Shown piece by piece: positions 26,839-33,260 of a stretch of 33,260 nt of DNA; position 1 is the first letter of the stretch; every line of letters starts with the position of its first letter. A program made the position numbers and the translations under genes. This DNA is from Silvanigrellaceae bacterium. GTDB taxonomy: Bacteria > Bdellovibrionota_B > Oligoflexia > Silvanigrellales > Silvanigrellaceae. The stretch lies in the NCBI GenBank assembly GCA_049423385.1, contig JBMSQQ010000033.1:1-33260 (forward strand), written 5' to 3'. Under the pieces are notes generated by a model. It was not told the DNA's origin. It worked only from the letters and a program-made list of their open reading frames with translations, and searched no databases.

Positions 26839-27264
26839 TCACCTCCCACCGTTGATTCCGTAGCGGAGCATACCAAGACGACGGTTGAGAAGCTCAACCG
26901 TCGCCCTGTAAAGTGTCTGGTTCCAGGCCAATTCGGACATTTCCGCATCGAGATCGACAGTGTTGCCGTCGTTCCCTATGCTCTCGGTGGGTTTCACGTG
27001 CAAATCACCGCGCAAGTCACCATTGACCGTAAGTCCCTGATGCTTGAAGTGTCGATCATCTGTGGCCTGAATTGCCATTTGACCATCATTGCCCACCGCT
27101 GCCCTGAGCTGCTCTTCAAATTCGTATCCCAACGACCTGTAACCGGGAGTCTGCGCGTTCGAGATGTTGCTCGTGATGACGTTTTGCTTGATGAGGCGCT
27201 GATTCAGGCTCTCCTCAAGCACAGCATCGGTCTTCGCGAAGACTTGGTTACTGGTAATCTTCAT
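26839..27264 (-). CDS. flgB: Flagellar basal-body rod protein FlgB
   Basis: QNVITSNISNAQTPGY, DGNTVDLDAEM. Confidence 0.96.
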   Translation of the reverse strand: MKITSNQVFAKTDAVLEESLNQRLIKQNVITSNISNAQTPGYRSLGYEFEEQLRAAVGNDGQMAIQATDDRHFKHQGLTVNGDLRGDLHVKPTESIGNDGNTVDLDAEMSELAWNQTLYRATVELLNRRLGMLRYGINGGR

Positions 27265-28343
27265 ACGTTTTTACCTTCAACCTCATAGCCGCAATCCACG
27301 AGTTCGTTGAGCTTGTAGCGCAATGCGCGCAAGGAGATACCCAACGCTTTTGCAGTGTGCGTACGGTTTCCGTTCATGCGGCGCAAAGTTTGCAGTATCA
27401 GACGCTGTTCGAGCTCACGGAGGGTGATCTGTGGCAGCGCATCGCTCATCGCAACTTCGGTACGGCTGTTGGCCTTCATCAGATGAAGCTCTTCCACACT
27501 GATGTAGTCACGAGTCGCAAGAAGGACAGAGCGTTGAATGACGTTGCGCAGCTCGCGCACGTTGCCTGGCCATGTGTATGTTCTCAGAGCCTGTTTTGCT
27601 GTCGGAGACAGCTGAACATTCTTCGAGAATTGTATGTTGTACTCGCGCAGGAAGATTTCAGAATAGAAGTCAACATCCACGGTGCGTGTCCGCAGTGGCT
27701 CAATGTCAAGCTGAATCACGTGCAGCTTGAAGTACAGATCATTGCGGAAACGCTGAGCGTTGACTTCATCGTTGACGTTTTTGTGTGTGCAGGCAATGAC
27801 GCGTGCGTCTGCTGCGGTCCCACGGCGCACAGCTCCCTTGTTGACATCCTGCTCTTTAAGGATGCGCAGAAGTTTGAGCTGAAGCTGGGGATCCAGCTCG
27901 GTGATTTCATCGAGCATCAACGTGCCGGACTCAGGTGCACGTGGAAGCCCATACTCATTGCCGCCACGGTTGCCGGCAAAAATTTCCATCTCAAAGAAGT
28001 TCTGAGGAACGTTGGAGCAGCTTGCCACCACGAAACGACCGCGATCACGGCCTCCGGCAATGTGAATGGCCTTGGCAAGGGTTTCCTTGCCGGTGCCGCT
28101 TTCACCCGTGATGAGAACCGGCACCTTGGTTGGTGCAACGGTGCGGGCCACTTCGAGAATTTTGTACATCTTTTCATCGCGCGTCGGGAAATGACGAAGC
28201 ATCTCCTCTTCGCTGATGCGACCTTCAACGTTGGCAAAGGCCGCGTTGAGGTTTCCGGCATTGCGGCTGTTTTCCAAGCCGGCAACACCGTTGAAATTAG
28301 AATTCTCCAGATCAAACAATCCCAATGGTCTGGCCTCGCTCAT
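27261..28343 (-). CDS. NtrC/FlrC-like AAA+ transcriptional regulator with Fis-type HTH, lacking receiver domain and GAFTGA loop
   Basis: GESGTGKE, TLMLDEI, FRNDLYFKL, WPGNVRELRN, GNRTHTAKALGISLRALRYKL; ATGA overlap with flgB. Confidence 0.9.
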   Translation of the reverse strand: MSEARPLGLFDLENSNFNGVAGLENSRNAGNLNAAFANVEGRISEEEMLRHFPTRDEKMYKILEVARTVAPTKVPVLITGESGTGKETLAKAIHIAGGRDRGRFVVASCSNVPQNFFEMEIFAGNRGGNEYGLPRAPESGTLMLDEITELDPQLQLKLLRILKEQDVNKGAVRRGTAADARVIACTHKNVNDEVNAQRFRNDLYFKLHVIQLDIEPLRTRTVDVDFYSEIFLREYNIQFSKNVQLSPTAKQALRTYTWPGNVRELRNVIQRSVLLATRDYISVEELHLMKANSRTEVAMSDALPQITLRELEQRLILQTLRRMNGNRTHTAKALGISLRALRYKLNELVDCGYEVEGKNV

Positions 28344-28372
28344 GTGACTCCCCCCCTCCCGATTTGTTGGCG

Positions 28373-30529
28373 TCAGCGAATTCTTTCCAGTCTCTCGTTT
28401 GCGAGAGACGAAAATTTTTTGTCTGAAATATCTGCTGCGGAAATCTGCCAGGCAGTTTTGGCCTTCTCGACCATTCCTGCTCGTGCATAGACAAGACCCG
28501 CCTTGTAGGAGGCCTCCGCTTTTTTTGTCGATTGAGCCAAATTTGCCACTGCCATGTAGACATCGCCTGACTTTGAAAGTCGGCCATTGGTGCGCAGATC
28601 ATCTGCCCAACCCATCAGGGCATTTTCGATACGACGCGCCTCATCCTCGTTCCGCGGCGAGGTAGTCAGCAAGACGTCAAACACCTTGTCGGCGTCTTCC
28701 CTGCCACGCGCAGCGGTCGCAAGAGTGACCAGCATGCCGACATCTCGCTCGACATATCTGCCAATCTTCATCTCATCGATGAGAATGTACTGAGCTGTTT
28801 TTGATGAGTATGGGGAACGGGCCGATTCCTTGAGCGCAGCTGTGGCCCGATCAGACAATCCAACATTCTTTCGAACATCGCTCGCATAAAGCTTTTTCAG
28901 AATCGCCTCTGCCTTGTCTGCCGACTGCAGCTTGAAATTCAGCTGCGACATGAGTGTGTAGGCTTCGTTTCTCTTGCTTTCGTCGGTTGTGCTGTTGGCA
29001 AACACCTGAAGGAGATTCAGAGCACGCTTCGATTCGCCCACAGACAGCCAACCTTCAACACGTGCCATCAACAGATCAGGGTTTCGCAGTGTGAAGTCCA
29101 TCATCCCTGGGCGAGCATTTCTTTCGAATTCTGCAACGGCCGGATAATCTTTCTTCCTCACGAGCTCGTCGAGAACGAACTTGACCTTGTCGGAAAGCTC
29201 TGTGGTGAGCACGGCAGTGCGCGGATCATTCGGATAAGCAGAACGGTAGCGTTGCAGCGCTGAATCTGCACTGACTGCGTCAAGTTGTGCCACCGAATAT
29301 CGCGTCTGGATGTAGGCACAAGACGAGCGCACTGCGTCGGAAACGAAGCGCCCGTTCAAGCAACTTTGGAGCGCAGCCTGATGAACCCGGGCTGCTTCAG
29401 GCCGTGTTGCAACAACAGGCTCGAGCAATCGAATGGAAGCCCCGATGCGCGCTGCCCAAACCGCACGGTCGTTCATGGCAATTTCGGTGTAGCGCTCATT
29501 CAAGTCCTGCAGCGAGGACTCTCCGGATCGCAAAACCTTGAGATCGGCGATTCGAAGCTGGCCCAGTGGAGCAATTTCATGACCCGGAAAACGTGCCACC
29601 AGCGTTTGCAAATAGTCATTTGCCAGCTCGGGCCTGCCTTCGACAAACGCCGACTCTCCTGCCATCCAAAGAAGCTTGGGACTGTCCTGGAATCGTCTGG
29701 CATTGAGCGAAGCAAGTCGCTTGAAGAGTGCGCCGGCTTGTTGGGTTCTGCCCGTGCGGTAAAGTGCGGATGCCAGCTTTTCAATGGAGTCGAATTCAGA
29801 AATCGTGCCTGCGTCTGCCCCAGCCTGTCTTTCCAACGCAGCGATCGTGGTGTTGACACCCGACTCAACCGCCTCAATGCGAGCCATGACTCCATTGGGC
29901 CCTTGAACCTGAGAACCGACATTTTTTGTGAACGGCTCGCTGGTCTTGCCTGCCTGCGGAAGTATCTCCTCTGCAGGAAGATCGATTTCAACAGGTTTGA
30001 CAGGACTGAGATTATCTTTGGGTTCGCGGAGTGCCGACGCAGACGTGGATGCACTCTGGGAATTGCCCGATGCATCTTCTTGCCAGCTCCATTCCTGTTC
30101 AAGGCTTCTGGGTTCGAACGGTTCTGTTCTCCAGATGTCCATCACAATCCTCCAGGGATTGTCCTGATGGGTCACAAGCCAGGCAACGGGTGCGTTTTTC
30201 AATTGGAATGACAGAATCACGTCCCCGTTCTTCTCTTCAACCACAGCGCGGTGAATGAAACGGGTGTCATAGAATCGACTGACGTCGAATTCCGAAGCAC
30301 GCGCAGGACTGACCCGAAGTTCGAGAGCTCGGGTGTCGCGCAGGTATCGGGTTGCAAAGCGGCGAGGGACATCCAGCGCAAATGAAGCCCTGTAGCTGTC
30401 CTTGCCGGGTACAAACTGTTCGACCGAACGTTCTTTTCCGGTTGAAATTCCGGCGCCAAAAGCTGTTGCAGTCGGCACAAACACACCGAGCAACAAAATC
30501 CGGCTGAACATTCTGGAGCAGTTGACCAC
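28373..30529 (-). CDS. Exported TPR-repeat protein with N-terminal AMIN-like beta domain
   Basis: Signal peptide; DNPWRIVMDIW (AMIN-like terminus); multiple TPR-like helix pairs; GTG start with SD GGAGG. Confidence 0.78.
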   Translation of the reverse strand: MVNCSRMFSRILLLGVFVPTATAFGAGISTGKERSVEQFVPGKDSYRASFALDVPRRFATRYLRDTRALELRVSPARASEFDVSRFYDTRFIHRAVVEEKNGDVILSFQLKNAPVAWLVTHQDNPWRIVMDIWRTEPFEPRSLEQEWSWQEDASGNSQSASTSASALREPKDNLSPVKPVEIDLPAEEILPQAGKTSEPFTKNVGSQVQGPNGVMARIEAVESGVNTTIAALERQAGADAGTISEFDSIEKLASALYRTGRTQQAGALFKRLASLNARRFQDSPKLLWMAGESAFVEGRPELANDYLQTLVARFPGHEIAPLGQLRIADLKVLRSGESSLQDLNERYTEIAMNDRAVWAARIGASIRLLEPVVATRPEAARVHQAALQSCLNGRFVSDAVRSSCAYIQTRYSVAQLDAVSADSALQRYRSAYPNDPRTAVLTTELSDKVKFVLDELVRKKDYPAVAEFERNARPGMMDFTLRNPDLLMARVEGWLSVGESKRALNLLQVFANSTTDESKRNEAYTLMSQLNFKLQSADKAEAILKKLYASDVRKNVGLSDRATAALKESARSPYSSKTAQYILIDEMKIGRYVERDVGMLVTLATAARGREDADKVFDVLLTTSPRNEDEARRIENALMGWADDLRTNGRLSKSGDVYMAVANLAQSTKKAEASYKAGLVYARAGMVEKAKTAWQISAADISDKKFSSLANERLERIR

Positions 30530-30612
30530 GCAAACCTCCCTTGAGGAAACACCGCAGACAGCGATGCAACCTCACATTCCCGAGATTAGCGCAGCCCAAA
30601 AAATTAAGTTCT

Positions 30613-30736
30613 GTCTGGTTTTTGACCTGATAAGCCTTTTGACACAAACAAAAGTGCCGCAATTTTTTCTTCAATCATTCTCGGAATCATTTTTCCGACA
30701 CCATCCGATTTTCCGACACATGAGGGTTTTTTTGAC
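30613..30736. repeat. Array of T-rich..GAC motifs upstream of the flagellar operon (putative regulator binding sites)
   Basis: GTCTGGTTTTTGAC (30613-30626), TTTTGACAC, TTTTCCGACAC twice (30691-30701, 30709-30719), TTTTTTTGAC (ends 30736). Confidence 0.55.
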
Positions 30737-30769
30737 GTGTTAATTCTCTGACTAATGCAGTTATTAAGC

Positions 30770-31264
30770 CTATTTCATGACACCCGCGCAGGTTGGCCTC
30801 GAGAGCCCGGAACAGTCCCGTTCAATCTGCCCTTTGCCAACTGAAAAAGATGCAACCATCCGATTTCCATTCCAGTCCCTGTGAAATCGAAGCGAATTTC
30901 CAAGGGAATGAAAATCTCCCAACAGTCTCAGGTCACTCCATCCGGCAGCCACACCAAAATATCCTTGCCAAGCCCAGACATTTCCGCATGTTCTCTCGGA
31001 CACACAAATGTTGTTCCCAACCCGTTCGATGAAATGCAAAACCGTCGGAGCACCCGAAGCTGCTCCGGAATTGCGTTTCTCACAGGGAACAAGAACAGTG
31101 ACTCTCCGGGCAGATGCCCCGTCGGACCCGAGGTCTCCAGTCCGGGGTTCCGTCAGCTCCACCAACAAATCCTGACAGTCGTCATCAGCGCGCGCATCCA
31201 ACACGGAAAGTGCCAACCCGGTGATACAAACAGCATGAATGATTTTTGTGGCCGAAGACTTCAT
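30770..31264 (-). CDS. Secreted Cys-rich hypothetical protein
   Basis: Signal peptide ending ARA-DD; six Cys in the mature part; ATGA overlap with the upstream gene. Confidence 0.7.
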   Translation of the reverse strand: MKSSATKIIHAVCITGLALSVLDARADDDCQDLLVELTEPRTGDLGSDGASARRVTVLVPCEKRNSGAASGAPTVLHFIERVGNNICVSERTCGNVWAWQGYFGVAAGWSDLRLLGDFHSLGNSLRFHRDWNGNRMVASFSVGKGQIERDCSGLSRPTCAGVMK

Positions 31265-31776
31265 TGTTCTGCTCCTTCATCTGCTTCCTGATGTGAAATC
31301 AGGGCATCGCAATGGATGGAAAAAGACTTGTGTTGATAGCCGAGCCAAAAACTGACTGAAGTCCAACCAACGGGAAAAGGTATGCTGTTGACAGCAAACG
31401 AATGAAGTCGGTTCCGATCTGTGCAGTATCGACGCTCGCAATGCCGGTCAGGCTGGGCATTGATGCTCTTCGGATCTGACTGAACATCAATCACAAAACC
31501 ATTGTCATTCTTGATTCCAGCACGATTGGCTGGAACCACACACAGGTCCACAACAGTGAGACCAGCATGAATGCCCCACCTTGGCATTTTGCGCAGACTC
31601 ACGTGCGCAACCGAGCCATCCGGACTCAAGTTGTCATCACTGCAAATCAAAACCGGCTCGATCCCGCCGGGCTTGTGAGCGCACTGAAAGCCATCTGCCC
31701 TGGCACTCGGGTTGAAACAGAAACTCATTGGAAACAGCAAAAAAAGTGATCTGTGAACAATCGAACGGCTCGACAT
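31261..31776 (-). CDS. Secreted Cys-rich hypothetical protein
   Basis: SD GAGGAGG before MSSRS; signal peptide ending ARA-DG; six Cys in the mature part. Confidence 0.7.
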   Translation of the reverse strand: MSSRSIVHRSLFLLFPMSFCFNPSARADGFQCAHKPGGIEPVLICSDDNLSPDGSVAHVSLRKMPRWGIHAGLTVVDLCVVPANRAGIKNDNGFVIDVQSDPKSINAQPDRHCERRYCTDRNRLHSFAVNSIPFPVGWTSVSFWLGYQHKSFSIHCDALISHQEADEGAEQ

Positions 31777-32100
31777 TGCAGGCCTCCTCGGATTGTGTCC
31801 CCTCAACAGCGGAGGTCAGCATAGATTTTGTCGGAGTCAACTCAAGTCGGCATTCATACTTGAGGAAATGACTTGGTCACTCACCCGATGGTGAGGGTTT
31901 GAAAGAAATCCCAGCATCCCGGATTTTTGTCGTTTGGAACTCGAGCTGACCGAGAACCGGAAGACATCCACACCGAACTGCAGTCAACATCCGGGGATAG
32001 TATCGCCTTCTTTCAAAGCCATTTTGTGGCCCTCCCTTTTACTTTTGAATCCCGCGGGTAAAATGTTGCGACGCAACCAACCGATGGAGCCAGAAATTCA

Positions 32101-32838
32101 ATGCTGAATGCCATTGCCACAATATTCTTTTGGGCCTTCTTCCTGATTTCGGGAGTGGTTTTTCAATTGTTTCTCCTCATTCGTCTTCTCGGAATCAGGG
32201 AAGAATCACAAAGACACCGTATGGCTCAAAAATTTCGTTTGCTTTGGTCGGCTTTCAACTTGAGGCTTTTCTTTGGTGTTGAGTCGATTAAGTCTCTCCG
32301 GCAACAATCCGAGAGCCTTCCGAACCAGTTTATTCTGATCACCAACCACAGAAGCAATCTCGACCCCTTGTTCGTTTTCGTTATTGGCAGACCTCTGGTT
32401 TTCCTCTCAAAGAAAGCTGTCTTGAAATCTCCTGTGATTGGCTGGTGGATGCGGCTTTGTGGCGATGTCGCAGTCGACAGGGGCGAAAAAAGCAGTCGTC
32501 AGGAAAGCCTGGCATCCATGAAAGAGCGGCTTGAACGCGGGGACTCACTATTGATCTTCCCGGAGGGCACACGTCAAACCGATACCAACGTTCCACTGGG
32601 TGAATTCAAGGACGGAGCATTCAATCTTGCGTCCCAGTGCGGCGTTCCGCTTGTCGCCCTTGTGCTCGAGCAAACAGATCGAATCTGGCAAAAGGGCAGC
32701 CTGGTGTTGCGAATCGATCGACTGCGGTACGCCATTTCGGGCTCAATCCCCAGTCTGGGTCGAACTCCGCAGGAGTTGAAAGAACAATCCATAACAACTA
32801 TGCGTTCCATGATTCAAACGTTTTCTGCAAAAGAGTGA
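32101..32838 (+). CDS. plsC: 1-acyl-sn-glycerol-3-phosphate acyltransferase (PlsC family)
   Basis: NHRSNLD (HX4D), VDRG and FPEGTR motifs. Confidence 0.88.
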   Translation: MLNAIATIFFWAFFLISGVVFQLFLLIRLLGIREESQRHRMAQKFRLLWSAFNLRLFFGVESIKSLRQQSESLPNQFILITNHRSNLDPLFVFVIGRPLVFLSKKAVLKSPVIGWWMRLCGDVAVDRGEKSSRQESLASMKERLERGDSLLIFPEGTRQTDTNVPLGEFKDGAFNLASQCGVPLVALVLEQTDRIWQKGSLVLRIDRLRYAISGSIPSLGRTPQELKEQSITTMRSMIQTFSAKE

Positions 32839-32859
32839 ACATCTCGGAAGGATATCAGC

Positions 32860-33219
32860 GTGGAATATCGTAAACTCGGAAACTCTGGCCTCTTCATCAG
32901 TGAGCTCTCCTATGGTTCTTGGATCACCTTCGACTCCAACTCAGCGCAGATCCAAAAGCAGTGCATGCACGCCGCTTACGATGCCGGAGTCAATTTCTTT
33001 GACAATGCCGAGGTTTACTCGAACGGCGAATCAGAAGTGGTGATGGGCAATATCATCAGGGACGCCGGTTGGAGTCGGGACAGTTATATCATCTCGAGCA
33101 AGGTGTTTTGGGGAGGCAATAAACCAACCCAAAAAGGACTGTCGCGAAAGCACATTGTCGATGCTTGCCACGCCGCGCTGAAACGCCTCCAGGTCGACTA
33201 TATCGATAGCCGGAACTGA
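32860..33219 (+). pseudogene. Aldo/keto reductase (Kv-beta-like), truncated after about 116 residues (pseudogene or assembly junction)
   Basis: YRKLGNSGL, FFDNAEVY, SSKVFWG, GLSRKHI, LKRLQVDYID, then abrupt loss of the family pattern and a stop. Confidence 0.8.
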
Positions 33220-33260
33220 AGTACCTGTAATGCAGGACTTGGGAATTAAGATAACCTATG

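Noticed and set aside
27357..28490. 377-aa plus-strand ORF
   Set aside because: Antisense shadow of the well-supported AAA+ regulator; no recognisable motifs
29285..30211. 308-aa plus-strand ORF
   Set aside because: Antisense to the TPR protein; no family signal
30640..30659. Possible sigma54 promoter CGGCAC-TTTTG-TTTGT for the flagellar operon
   Set aside because: No GC at GG+10 spacing; fails the -24/-12 rule
31841..31864. HspR HAIR operator
   Set aside because: Half-sites are in the opposite orientation, with different spacing from CTTGAGT-N7-ACTCAAG, and are far from hsp20

Overview
Gene-dense bacterial chromosomal segment of roughly 50-55% GC (estimated by eye), probably Bdellovibrionota/Oligoflexia-like. 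That placement is inferred from the HAMP-less MCP, the secreted S1-protease lipoproteins and the GP42-type transglutaminase. Contents in order: the 3' end of a class A PBP; a heme-c MCP; a glycogen-debranching-type glucosidase; Hsp20; a divergent S1-protease module; a kdsD/kpsF gene broken by one in-frame TAA; SseB; a GpmI-MazG fusion; DsbD converging on a hemF-ccmF/H operon; an NrtR-like regulator; a transglutaminase-elicitor lipoprotein; a flagellar basal-body operon (TPR protein, atypical AAA+ regulator, flgB, flgC, fliE, fliF, no fliG); two Cys-rich secreted proteins; PlsC; and a truncated aldo/keto reductase. I saw no rRNA, tRNA, CRISPR array or transposase. Most notable: the flagellar NtrC-like regulator lacking GAFTGA, with an upstream repeat array; the GpmI-MazG fusion; an orphan small protein whose helical pattern resembles Cas11/Cas8 C-termini; an S1 protease missing Asp194; the kdsD stop; and an FNR-like box plus anti-SD hairpin at hemF. 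All family assignments come from motif recognition, not from database searches.
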